DNA of 64,000 nucleotides, taken from assembly GCA_016124415.1 (NCBI GenBank), contig WGNS01000004.1, positions 3,926 through 67,925 on the forward strand. Direction: 5' to 3'. The notes below the pieces were generated by a model. It was not told where the DNA came from. It worked only from the letters and a program-made list of their open reading frames with translations, and did no database searches. Shown here piece after piece: positions 57,301 to 64,000 of this stretch (the first letter of the stretch is position 1; each line of letters starts with the position of its first letter). Source of the DNA: Gammaproteobacteria bacterium. GTDB taxonomy: Bacteria; Pseudomonadota; Gammaproteobacteria; SZUA-140. The position numbers and the translations under genes are program-made.

Positions 57301-59776
57301 TATCGTTCAGAAATTTCTCGCCGTTCTTCCGGTCGTTATCGCCCAGCGTCCCGGTCTTGAGGATTTCCTTGACCTGCTCCGCGGCGTCGACAAACCGGCC
57401 TTCCTTCTTAAACAGGTCGGCCAGCGCAAGATGGACCGACAGGTTCTGCGGCTGAAGCCTCAACAACTGTTTATAGAGCGGTTCCGCCTTGTCGTATTGC
57501 TTGTCGTTGTAATAGATCGAGGCCAGTTTCAGGCGCAGGATGACGTTCTGCGGCGACAAGGCGATGACTTTCTCGAGCAATGCGGTCGCCTCATCCTTGT
57601 GCCCGGAAGACAGCAATGCCTCGCTTTGAAGCGTCAACACGCGCTCCTCATTCGGATAGCGTTTGCCCAGGTCTTCGAGCGCCTTCAACGCCTCTTCGGG
57701 CTTGGATGCGATCAAAAATCTTTGCGCCTGAACCAGATGCAGACGTTTGTCCGCCTCTTCCCTGGCGATCTTGTCGGTCACGGTGTCCAGCGCCTTTTTG
57801 TAGGCGTCCTCAGCGTCGGCCCATTGACCGGCGTCCTCGTGCAGCTTACCGATGGACAGGAACAGGCGGCCGTTGTCCGGGGCAAGCGCTACGCTCTTCT
57901 CCAGATTGGCCAGGCCCTTGGCGCGGTCGCCGGAATTGATCTCCGTCTGACCGAGCCAGTAGAAGGCACGCGGGTCGGGGAATTTTTGAGACAAGGGCTT
58001 CAGGATCTGTTGCGCCGAGGCGACCATGCCGACTGCGATGAGTTTTTGGGCGAGATCGACCGCGCCGTCCACGTCCTCGGCACTGAATCCGTTCTCCTTC
58101 GAAATGGCTTCCGCGATCGTCTCGGCGCGCTTCTGATAGTACGTCTTGAGCAGGTCCGCCGCGGCCCTGGCCTCCGGCACGTCCTTGCCCAGGCGGGCCA
58201 GATTTTCCAGCTCCGGCACGGCCTTGTCGTCCTTGCCCACGACCAGTTGGGCTTCCGCCCTTCTGAGGAGGGCATCCGTGCGCCCGGGCGCCAGCTTCAG
58301 GATCTCGTCGTAAACCTTGATCGCGCGATCGTCCAATCCCAGCTTGCTGTAGATCTTCGCCCTGCGCATCATGATGTCGGGGTTGTGCGGCAGCGCCTTG
58401 TCGATCTCGAAGAAGATCTTGTTGGCCGCCTTGTAGTCGCCCTTCAGGATCAGTTCGTCACCGGCGCGCAATCCCAATCCGTCGAGCGCGAGCTGCCGAA
58501 GCTGCGGGTCATCCGTGAGCTTGTATGCCTCGACGAAGGCCTCCCGCATCTGTGCCTCATCGCCCCGGATGCGGTAGACCTCTGCGAGGCGCAGTCTCAA
58601 TCCGGCATCTTCGGGCAGGAGTTTGCGCAGACGGGCGTATACCTGATCCGCCTCGGCGGCGTGATTCAACCGTTCCAGGGCGCGCGCATAGAGTTCGAGC
58701 AGTCCCGGATCGTCGGGGGTCTTCTTCAAAAGATCCTGATATCGCTGAAGCGCGGACGCGACGTCGCCCTTCAAGACCTCCTTGCGGGCGACGATCAGTT
58801 GCAGGCGGCGCTCCGTCTCGACGATCGTCACGGCCGGCGTGCCTCTCGTTTCCAGGACTTTGCGGTACTCGACTTCCGCATTCTCGAAACGTCCCAAAGC
58901 TTCATAGGCCTTGGCGAGTTCGAGGCGCAGGATCGGATTCTCCGGCGCCAGCGAAACGCTTCGCTCGATGGCGCTGATACCCTTGCCTTCCTGCTTCTTG
59001 GAGAGGTAGATGCGGCCCAACCAATAGTAAGGTTGAGGATTGTCCTGCGTCTGCTCGAGCACACGTTCGAAGAGGCGCTGCGCCTCATCGAGCATATTGG
59101 CGCGGACCAACTTCTGGCCGAGCACGACGGCCGGGTCGACAAGCTTCGGGTCCTTCGGCAGACCGTCGTACAAGGCCGTGGATTTCTGATGATAGACGTC
59201 GCGCAGGCGGGAAGTGATTTCGGCCGAGATCAGCGAACTCCCGGCCAGCCTGCCGGCCTCCTCGAGTTCCGGGATGGCTGCGTCCAGGCTACCCTGATCA
59301 GCCGCGAGGTTGCCCAGTGCCAGATGCGGATCGAGATAGTTCGGGTTCAACGCGATCGAGCGCTGATAGTCGGACTTGGCCTGATCGAATTCCTGCCTGA
59401 CCTGGTGGATCCGTCCCCGCCAATAGACCGCGACCGCGTCGTTAGACCACTTATCGTCGGAGATCAGATCCCAAGCGCCCTGATAGTTGCCGGTGCCGAA
59501 GAAGTGACTGACTCTATCAAAGACGGATCCGGCGCGCTGAGTTGTAACCGGCGCGGCGGCATCACCCGACGTCTTGACTGCATCGGCCGCGTGCGCCGCA
59601 CAGCCGAAGGTCGCGAGCAATACGAATACGGAAGTGGACCGCCGGCCGGTCAACGGGGCAAACGTCCCACGGGGTTTGATAGGTCCTGTATCGCTCAAAG
59701 AAACGCCTTCACAGATAGATGGATCAGAGGCACGGGTGTTCCCAACGACCCATGGCCGCCGAAGCCGACAAATCAT
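51398..59776 (-). CDS. Giant (up to 2792 aa) exported TPR-repeat protein with one internal and one C-terminal outer-membrane-type beta-rich block
   Basis: One uninterrupted ORF. A Sec-type signal (RRSTSVFVLLATFGCAAHA-ADA) begins about 40 codons in, so the real start may be the in-frame TTG at 59653. TPR repeats fill roughly residues 90-1940 and 2080-2600. Beta-rich S/T/N/G/Y blocks lie at about 53573-53944 and 51401-51950. The protein ends ...SLNMSMNFRF, an OMP-like terminal Phe. Confidence 0.75.
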   Translation of the reverse strand: MICRLRRPWVVGNTRASDPSICEGVSLSDTGPIKPRGTFAPLTGRRSTSVFVLLATFGCAAHAADAVKTSGDAAAPVTTQRAGSVFDRVSHFFGTGNYQGAWDLISDDKWSNDAVAVYWRGRIHQVRQEFDQAKSDYQRSIALNPNYLDPHLALGNLAADQGSLDAAIPELEEAGRLAGSSLISAEITSRLRDVYHQKSTALYDGLPKDPKLVDPAVVLGQKLVRANMLDEAQRLFERVLEQTQDNPQPYYWLGRIYLSKKQEGKGISAIERSVSLAPENPILRLELAKAYEALGRFENAEVEYRKVLETRGTPAVTIVETERRLQLIVARKEVLKGDVASALQRYQDLLKKTPDDPGLLELYARALERLNHAAEADQVYARLRKLLPEDAGLRLRLAEVYRIRGDEAQMREAFVEAYKLTDDPQLRQLALDGLGLRAGDELILKGDYKAANKIFFEIDKALPHNPDIMMRRAKIYSKLGLDDRAIKVYDEILKLAPGRTDALLRRAEAQLVVGKDDKAVPELENLARLGKDVPEARAAADLLKTYYQKRAETIAEAISKENGFSAEDVDGAVDLAQKLIAVGMVASAQQILKPLSQKFPDPRAFYWLGQTEINSGDRAKGLANLEKSVALAPDNGRLFLSIGKLHEDAGQWADAEDAYKKALDTVTDKIAREEADKRLHLVQAQRFLIASKPEEALKALEDLGKRYPNEERVLTLQSEALLSSGHKDEATALLEKVIALSPQNVILRLKLASIYYNDKQYDKAEPLYKQLLRLQPQNLSVHLALADLFKKEGRFVDAAEQVKEILKTGTLGDNDRKNGEKFLNDIKKEMVTQGRKHLDNGELDEAQTMFEGLLRIDPDQAPGHYWLAQVYKARKSFDNEVAALEKSLALAPENLLLVPALANAYVEAGKLDKASEILNKLLDKQPFDFDSRSLLVTVYEKLGQRDKADDEARILLEQGAPDEIRTKALDRMGMEAGRNYFKEKKYQEALIEYGKVLKIVPSEPVANEEIARVYMALENYDAAIAAYRTAIHEAPDKADYHIQLARAYQKAENDEAAINEARLVTSMMVAKKWKDQAKTILAEIQEREANKILEDQGIDKLGDEGQGQLFPLLQRMLDDELYQSVRTVAERIIAGRPDLITPYRMMGRALIGLKRPTDAVVLLKQALVEHPGNTDIQLVLADAYREAKSETLAATVYEDILREDSSSAAVALALAELYHDQGDEEHARENYARVLNAAKIPSLRKQALAGLGVYDVDRLIQQSQWQEAGDQVTALVRLVPNAPEVLLRQARIFVGTKRIDLAKKEYSRVVEMDGNLSEARFALGTLLADEGRVDAAIKELEIVARKGPTDPYSKRAIDSLGKIFGAQSAAMVSNLTSTASLTPQLEASALDLIKDLYLRLYYGHVKEISEALLKHGRNAQAFYWLGQAELKMGDRAKGIEAIEQSAELSAGNGMLLMNLAEVYESSGDMKKAEAAYHRVTTLLPSGPTHDKARERMLVTRARVLDSEGHIAEALKIYDGLLKRMPKDVQLLGLEGKALLALGRSAEADRVFERLVALEPNNVRIRLRMAQLYHEKGKDEQTLTHVKAILAIQPSGPEALAALTLIGFDKAVELQTKQDWPKALDAYDQLLKIVPDNPMILERIAEIYQKTNDLANLEKTLHSILAVEPANGEALWRLSRLYLQTKRNDQAISTLEDYLNTNRKGKYTKQVVKELADLYRARVGALAQAKKYDEAAMVLKKFARENPDNGRAFLQLGLFYAFSGEYEQAITSLQEAARLMPDDPSVYHQLAVTYAQDSKAMDAVTAYSREISLQEDPDKAMAVVKDLLFTMARKFYEEDQPILAIRYLERLRSLGFKDGRIQSMLGFLESQQGDYDQAIEVYREGIGISPDDLSMHFSLAGLYEQTNATAAAIAQLREILKRGKAGDRYVEAARQRKRYLEDKERRFTSNLGYTLISGKSVIQEQDVNNTGAVNTSFSSSFNYRLTTTFHPSEKTNIAIVTGLTHSSNHSTQNDSIAPNISINANVNNPKSFWGLSAGYTESYGLLLDQFGGASANATVSNGLRFNHPFSEFLSLFDFSEDPLPDYFLSEDRVAPENISLETREEDRLKDYLTNVPMTDLPAGSSVRDVRTFLLHVLADLTHGHPDTALRRLKEDPHGVGGYHLSLLLRGWLAEKLGHPADATAIYLGLLERDSSDLWAKYSLGRLYQAEKETEAVNWLDAVYRATGSADALHELGGRRLRMGYLADATRIQEKAMTKEDLVQFYVLIGKLYDLEAYADTLPLLEQRTDKDSRDFDAHLWAGRFALASGRYGAAENYLEGAVDIDKNNALAHRALGDAYLAEGKLDDADEAYAWVVEHGGDEAQRIYAIEQLPFAVKPDDLDKEDREKRKQELDSYLQAHPDDPATLIQLADMEMLLGQNEQALEHYRKAGTLRPQDKYISWRLIEAKPKEAGDEKYRASLRSLMSLSDDHWFHLRALRHLKFFTILELLADEDFDKAKDLLEQAHDVLSDDPLISLNLALAYRRLNDGAKAKGVLEAMMESHPENLTALWMLGDLNIALRSLDKGMTQLEQVVTQGGDSRVARLAKEKLQKLEEDRFAFLTGAPEESVASTKTFSTSLSMGKSFPVQSYLAQTRDASLTFSLSMPSVTWGTVTLGYTYSKKFNEEPLGTDYASHSQRVNLSYNRSVPGVPKLTGAFSISHQQTDHEYNDTNAFFALGTAAKRRILNDALSANLSYQLADNLSLSLVYSQSKTRANLPVGIVYSPSGTRIAFQSLALGAFDTRSLNMSMNFRF

Positions 59777-59933
59777 ACCCCATCCAGCTTAATCGCCGAT
59801 GAATGCGACGGGATCCGTCGACACGCGTTCTTTCCGCCCGTTTTTGCGCGAACGGGGCTCCGAATGCACCGGTCCTTGAACGCTTGTGCTTATTTTGAAA
59901 ATTCGACAGGGTCTCGTAATACAAGTTCATGGC

Positions 59934-60779
59934 TTAAGTGATCGTTAATGATTGGCTACCTACCCGGCAATACCCCGCGCAAGGCTGTTGAACACAACGG
60001 CCCTCTTCGTCCAGCTCCAGCGCCGTGAGACTTCCGCCCCAGATGCAGCCCGTATCGATCGCCTCGATACCCGTGCCCGAGTAGCGCCCCAACGTGGACC
60101 AGTGCCCGAATACGATGCGCGAATCGACTGCCACCCGTCCCGGCACCGAGAACCAGGGCACAAGCCCGTCCTCGCGTCCGAACGGCGCCCCTTTCTCGGT
60201 CAGGCGAAGGCGTCCTTCGGCATCGCACATGCGCATTCGCGTAAAGGCGTTGATGATATAGCGCAGACGCTCCTCCCCGGCGAGATCCGCCGCCCAAAGG
60301 TCCGGCCCGTCACCGTACATGTCCGTCAGCAGGCGGGCATAATCGTCCGACCGAAGGACTTGCTCGACCTCGCGCGCGCAGGCGACGGCCGTCTTGAGAT
60401 CCCAAAACGGCGACATCCCCGCATGCACGAGCGTGCACCCCAGGGCCTCGTCATGATGCAGCAGCGGGAGGTTCCTGAGCCAATCGATCAGTTCGGGACC
60501 GTCCTCCTCACGGAGTACATCGGCACAGTTGTCGGATTGCTTGGCTTTCCGGGCGCCGGAAGCGATCGCCAGCAGGTGTAGATCGTGATTGCCGAGCACG
60601 ACCACGGCGCGGTCGCCGAGGCCGCGGACGAACCGAAGCACCTCCGCGGATTGCGGCCCCCGGTTGACGAGATCGCCGACGAACCACAGGCGGTCGTCAT
60701 CGGAAAAGCCGATTTGGCCGAGAAGCGCCTGGAGTTCGGGCAAGGCGCCCTGGACGTCGCCTATGGCCCAGGTCGACAC
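59934..60779 (-). CDS. apaH: Bis(5'-nucleosyl)-tetraphosphatase, symmetrical
   Basis: 281 aa with metallophosphatase motifs WAIGDVQG, VGDLVNRGP and LGNHDLHLL. Confidence 0.9.
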   Translation of the reverse strand: MSTWAIGDVQGALPELQALLGQIGFSDDDRLWFVGDLVNRGPQSAEVLRFVRGLGDRAVVVLGNHDLHLLAIASGARKAKQSDNCADVLREEDGPELIDWLRNLPLLHHDEALGCTLVHAGMSPFWDLKTAVACAREVEQVLRSDDYARLLTDMYGDGPDLWAADLAGEERLRYIINAFTRMRMCDAEGRLRLTEKGAPFGREDGLVPWFSVPGRVAVDSRIVFGHWSTLGRYSGTGIEAIDTGCIWGGSLTALELDEEGRCVQQPCAGYCRVGSQSLTIT

Positions 60780-61219
60780 GGCGGAACCCGCAGTGAAAAA
60801 GTGACCGGACCGTCGTTAATCAAGCCCACCTGCATGTCCGCACCAAAAACGCCGGTCCCGATACGTAGCGGACGCTCGCGGCAGACCGCGGTCAGCGTCT
60901 CGAACAGGGCCGTGGCGCGCGCCGGTTCGGCCGCCGTCGAAAAGCTCGGCCGGTTGCCGCTGTTGGTGTCGGCCGCCAGCGTGAACTGGGGTACGAGCAG
61001 CAGCTCTCCGCCGATATCCTGCAGGCTCAAATTCATGCGGTCCCGGTCGTCGGCAAAGACGCGGTAGGACAGGACCCGTTCGGCAAGGCGTCGCGCCTCA
61101 CGCGCCGTGTCGTCCTTTTCGACGCCGACGAATACCAGCAGGCCCGGCCCGATGGATGCCACCAAGGCACCATCCACCCGTATCGACGCCTCGCGTACGC
61201 GTTGCAGGAGTGCGATCAT
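60761..61219 (-). CDS. dtd: D-aminoacyl-tRNA deacylase
   Basis: 152 aa. Motifs seen: MIALLQRV, LLVPQFTLAADT, GNRPSF. Confidence 0.9.
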   Translation of the reverse strand: MIALLQRVREASIRVDGALVASIGPGLLVFVGVEKDDTAREARRLAERVLSYRVFADDRDRMNLSLQDIGGELLLVPQFTLAADTNSGNRPSFSTAAEPARATALFETLTAVCRERPLRIGTGVFGADMQVGLINDGPVTFSLRVPPCRPGP

Positions 61220-61237
61220 CCGCGGAGCCAGGCCGAC

Positions 61238-63799
61238 CTAGGCGCCGGTCTTGCGCCCCGCGGCGATGATCTCATCCATGAGCTTGAGTCCGCTGAAGGC
61301 GTCCCGCGCGTAATGGACATTGTCGGGCACAGTGTAAGCGGCCCGGCAATCCTGCTCGACGAAGCGCCGCGTCAGCGCCGCGCCGCCGAGCAGCACGGGC
61401 ACGTCCATGTCGTTGCGCCGCATCTCTTCGAGATTGTCCTTCATGATGACGGTCGACTTCACGAGCAGCCCGGACATACCGACCGCGTCGGCGTTGTGTT
61501 CCTTCGCCGCTTCGATGATCTGTCCGATCGGCTGCTTGATGCCGAGGTTGACGACCTTGTAGCCGTTGTTGGTCAGGATGATGTCGACGAGGTTCTTGCC
61601 GATGTCGTGCACGTCGCCCTTGACCGTCGCGAGGACGAGCGTGCCCTTGGCCTGACCGCCGTCGATCTTGTCCATATAAGGTTCGAGATAGGCCACGGCG
61701 GCCTTCATGGTTTCGGCCGATTGCAGCACGAAAGGCAGTTGCATCTCGCCCGAGCCGAAGAGTTCGCCGACGACCTTCATGCCGTCGAGCAGGAAGGTGT
61801 TGATGATCTCTAGCGGCTTGTAGGTCTCCATGGCCCGCTTGAGGTCCTCGTCCAACCCCTGCTTGTCGCCGTCGATGATGCGCAGCTTCAGGATTTCTTC
61901 GATCGCGGTCGGTCGCTCGCGACGCGTCTCGGTGACCTCGACACCCTTGAACAGGTCGACGAAATACAGCAGCGGATCGCGTCCCTCGACGCGGCGGTTG
62001 AAGACCAGATCCTCGGCCGCCTCGCGGTGCACGGGGTCGATCTTGTGCAGCGGCATGATCTTGGAGACGTGGATGATGGCGGCCGTCATGCCGCGGGCCT
62101 GGGCGTGGTGCAGAAAGACCGAGTTCAGGACATGGCGCGCCGCCGCCGAGAGACCGAACGAGATGTTCGAAAGTCCCAAGACGATCTGGCATTCGGGCAG
62201 CTCTTTCGCGATGCGCTCGATGGCGTCCAGGGTGTTGATGCCGTGGTTGCGATCCTCTTCGACGCCCGTACAGATCGTGAAGGTCAGCGGATCGAACATG
62301 AGGTCCGACGCGGGCAGCCCGTGCTGGTTGACCGCGAAATCGTAAAGCCGGTGGGCGATCCGGAGTTTGTCGTCGACGCCCTTGGCCATGCCCTCCTCGT
62401 CGATGGTCAGGGCCACGACCGCGGCGCCGTACTTGCGTGCGTAACCGAGGATGGTCGCCGCCTTCTCCTCACCGTCCTCGAAGTTGATGGAATTGATGAT
62501 GGACTTGCCGCCCAGGAACTTCAACGCCGACTCGATGACCTCGACCTCGGTCGAGTCGATGACGAGCGGCACGGTGATCTGGCCGCGGTAACGCGTGATG
62601 ACCTCGCCCATATCGCTCGCCTCGGGCCGACCGACGTAGGCCACGCAGACGTCAAGGGCGTGTGATCCTTCGCGCACCTGCTCGCGGCCGATGCCGACCA
62701 GGGCGTCCCAGTCCTCGGCCGCCAAAAGCTCGCGGAAGCGCTTGGAACCGTTGGCGTTGGCGCGCTCGCCGATCGCGAAAACGGCGTTCTCCTGACGCAG
62801 CGGCACGCTGCTGTAGAGTGAGCTGACCGCGGGCGTCAACACGACTTCCCGACGGACCGACGCCTTGTCGGCGCGGCCGTCGAGCATCGCGCGAAGCGCC
62901 GCCATGTGCTTGGGCGTCGTGCCGCAGCAACCGCCGATCAGATTGACGCCGTCCTCCTCGACGAAACGGCGCTGCCAGTCGGCCAATTCGTTCGGGCTCA
63001 ACGGATATTCGGTCTTGCCGTCGACCAACATCGGAAGACCCGCGTTGGGCATGACCGAGATCATTCCGGGCCAGTTCTCGCTCAGATAGAGCACATGCTC
63101 CGCCATCTCGGCGGGACCCGTGGCGCAATTCAGGCCGATGCCGTCGACGCCGAGGGCGGCAAGGCTCGTCACGGCGCAGCCGATATCGGAACCCACGAGC
63201 ATGGTGCCGGTGGTTTCGATCGTGACCTGGGCAAAGATCGGCAGGTCCTCGCAGCCGCGTTCGCGGCGGGCGTTCTTGCAGCCGTTGATACCGGCCTTCA
63301 TGGTCAGAAGATCCTGATGGGTCTCGAGCAGCAGCAGATCCACCCCACCGTCGATGAGCCCCAGGGCCTGCTCGGTGTAGGAGGCCTCGAGCTCGTCGTA
63401 GCCGATGTGACCGAGGCTCGCGAGTTTGGTGCCCGGCCCCATGGATCCGATCACGTAGCGCGGCCATTCCGGGGTCTCGAACTCGTCGGCCACGCGGCGC
63501 GCGATCTCGGCGGCCTCCTTGTTCAGGACGTAAGTATCGTCGGACAGATCGAACTCGGCCAGGACGACGCGGTTGGCGCCGAAGGTGTTGGTCTCGACGC
63601 AGTCGCTGCCGGCCTCGTAATAGGCGCGGTGCATGAAGGCGACGAAATCGGGCCGGGTCCGGGTCAGGATCTCGGAGCAATTCTCAAGCCCTAGGAAGTC
63701 TTTCTCGACGTCCCAGTCCTCGGCCTGGATCAGGGTGCCTGTGCCCCCGTCGCAGAGCAGGACTCGTTTTGAGAGACGTTCAAGAATACCTTCGCGCAT
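61238..63799 (-). CDS. metH: Cobalamin-dependent methionine synthase lacking the C-terminal AdoMet/reactivation domain
   Basis: 853 aa. It has the Hcy-binding barrel (LLCDGGTGT...GGCCGTTP), a pterin-binding domain (GLSNISFGL), and B12 cap and binding domains (GDVHDIGKN, MSGLL, LLGGAA). It stops just after the B12 domain. E. coli-type MetH continues for about 330 more residues. Confidence 0.85.
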   Translation of the reverse strand: MREGILERLSKRVLLCDGGTGTLIQAEDWDVEKDFLGLENCSEILTRTRPDFVAFMHRAYYEAGSDCVETNTFGANRVVLAEFDLSDDTYVLNKEAAEIARRVADEFETPEWPRYVIGSMGPGTKLASLGHIGYDELEASYTEQALGLIDGGVDLLLLETHQDLLTMKAGINGCKNARRERGCEDLPIFAQVTIETTGTMLVGSDIGCAVTSLAALGVDGIGLNCATGPAEMAEHVLYLSENWPGMISVMPNAGLPMLVDGKTEYPLSPNELADWQRRFVEEDGVNLIGGCCGTTPKHMAALRAMLDGRADKASVRREVVLTPAVSSLYSSVPLRQENAVFAIGERANANGSKRFRELLAAEDWDALVGIGREQVREGSHALDVCVAYVGRPEASDMGEVITRYRGQITVPLVIDSTEVEVIESALKFLGGKSIINSINFEDGEEKAATILGYARKYGAAVVALTIDEEGMAKGVDDKLRIAHRLYDFAVNQHGLPASDLMFDPLTFTICTGVEEDRNHGINTLDAIERIAKELPECQIVLGLSNISFGLSAAARHVLNSVFLHHAQARGMTAAIIHVSKIMPLHKIDPVHREAAEDLVFNRRVEGRDPLLYFVDLFKGVEVTETRRERPTAIEEILKLRIIDGDKQGLDEDLKRAMETYKPLEIINTFLLDGMKVVGELFGSGEMQLPFVLQSAETMKAAVAYLEPYMDKIDGGQAKGTLVLATVKGDVHDIGKNLVDIILTNNGYKVVNLGIKQPIGQIIEAAKEHNADAVGMSGLLVKSTVIMKDNLEEMRRNDMDVPVLLGGAALTRRFVEQDCRAAYTVPDNVHYARDAFSGLKLMDEIIAAGRKTGA

Positions 63800-63844
63800 A
63801 AGCTCACCTCAGTACAGAAATAACACTGCCGTTCGTCGTAAATA

Positions 63845-64000
63845 TCATGGAAGTCGCTGCAAGGGCGGCTCGTACATCTCCGCCAGTTGGCCCTTGAAGG
63901 CCAGAATCTGCTCTTCCCAGTACTTTTGCGTATTAAACCAGGGAAAGTTGAGCGGAAAGGCCGGATCGGACCAGCGCCGCGCCAGCCAAGCCGCGTAGTT
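63845..64000 (-). CDS. 3' end of an unidentified ORF entering from beyond the window
   Basis: The reverse-strand frame is open from 64000 to TGA at 63847-63845. It reads ...NYAAWLARRWSDPAFPLNFPWFNTQKYWEEQILAFKGQLAEMYEPPLQRLP*. I recognise no family and it is too short to judge. Confidence 0.3.
   Translation of the reverse strand, partial: NYAAWLARRWSDPAFPLNFPWFNTQKYWEEQILAFKGQLAEMYEPPLQRLP

Noticed and set aside
59837-59856. 6-bp hairpin (cccgtt/aacggg) after apaH as a terminator
   Set aside because: The stem is short, the loop is 8 nt, and no U-run follows on either strand.
53579-59941. Very long plus-strand ORFs (1110 aa at 53579-56911 and 918 aa at 57185-59941) antisense to the giant TPR gene
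   Set aside because: They are exact antisense shadows of a GC-rich, codon-biased gene. Their translations are R/L/G/V/D-rich low-complexity sequence with no motif, signal or plausible start context. The minus-strand frame gives coherent TPR repeats over the whole length.
61272-63680. 306-aa and 342-aa minus-strand off-frame ORFs inside metH, and similar ones inside prsK (30148-31032) and the GtrA region (34300-34869)
   Set aside because: They are off-frame Arg-rich artefacts. The main frames contain diagnostic motifs.
1-64000. Searched by eye for transposases, integrases, phage genes, toxin-antitoxin pairs, restriction or defence genes, and tRNA/rRNA
   Set aside because: I could recognise none. 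Every long ORF is accounted for by envelope, EPS, TPR or housekeeping functions.

Overview
GC-rich proteobacterial chromosome segment; I cannot assign the lineage more precisely. I recognised no rRNA, tRNA, CRISPR array, IS element or prophage. Layout: (i) 1-37.1 kb is one large exosortase A (XrtA)/PEP-CTERM exopolysaccharide locus. It carries BY-kinase, chain-length determinant and Wza-like export genes. It also carries an acyltransferase, deacetylase, Wzx-like flippase, GT4/GT2/GT26 transferases, a sulfotransferase, an FkbM methyltransferase, wecB, a priming sugar transferase, an O-antigen-ligase-like protein and a secreted beta-helix protein. In the middle sits the regulatory/sorting core prsK-prsR-xrtA(epsI fusion)-prsT-hypothetical-PEP-CTERM substrate. 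Split across both arms of this locus is a complete mycobacterial-type polyprenyl-phospho-D-arabinose pathway: a HAD-UbiA phosphoribosyltransferase, a GT-C-like membrane protein, and GtrA-DprE1-DprE2 homologues. (ii) 37.2-40.7 kb holds housekeeping uppP, purD, purE and tsaC, with a 132-bp period-7 tandem repeat tract between purD and purE. (iii) 40.8-44.2 kb encodes three translationally linked lipoproteins. (iv) 44.2-59.8 kb is the most unusual part. It is a co-directional 15.6-kb operon in which every product carries TPR repeats. It encodes a 2792-aa exported TPR protein with two outer-membrane-type beta-rich blocks, a TPR-sulfotransferase, and three tandem paralogous TPR-GT41 (OGT/SPINDLY-like) glycosyltransferases. 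I read this as a candidate uncharacterised protein glycosylation/sulfation system. (v) 59.9-64.0 kb holds apaH, dtd, a metH that lacks the reactivation domain, and a partial ORF. All functional calls come from motifs I recognised by eye in the translations; no database search was run.
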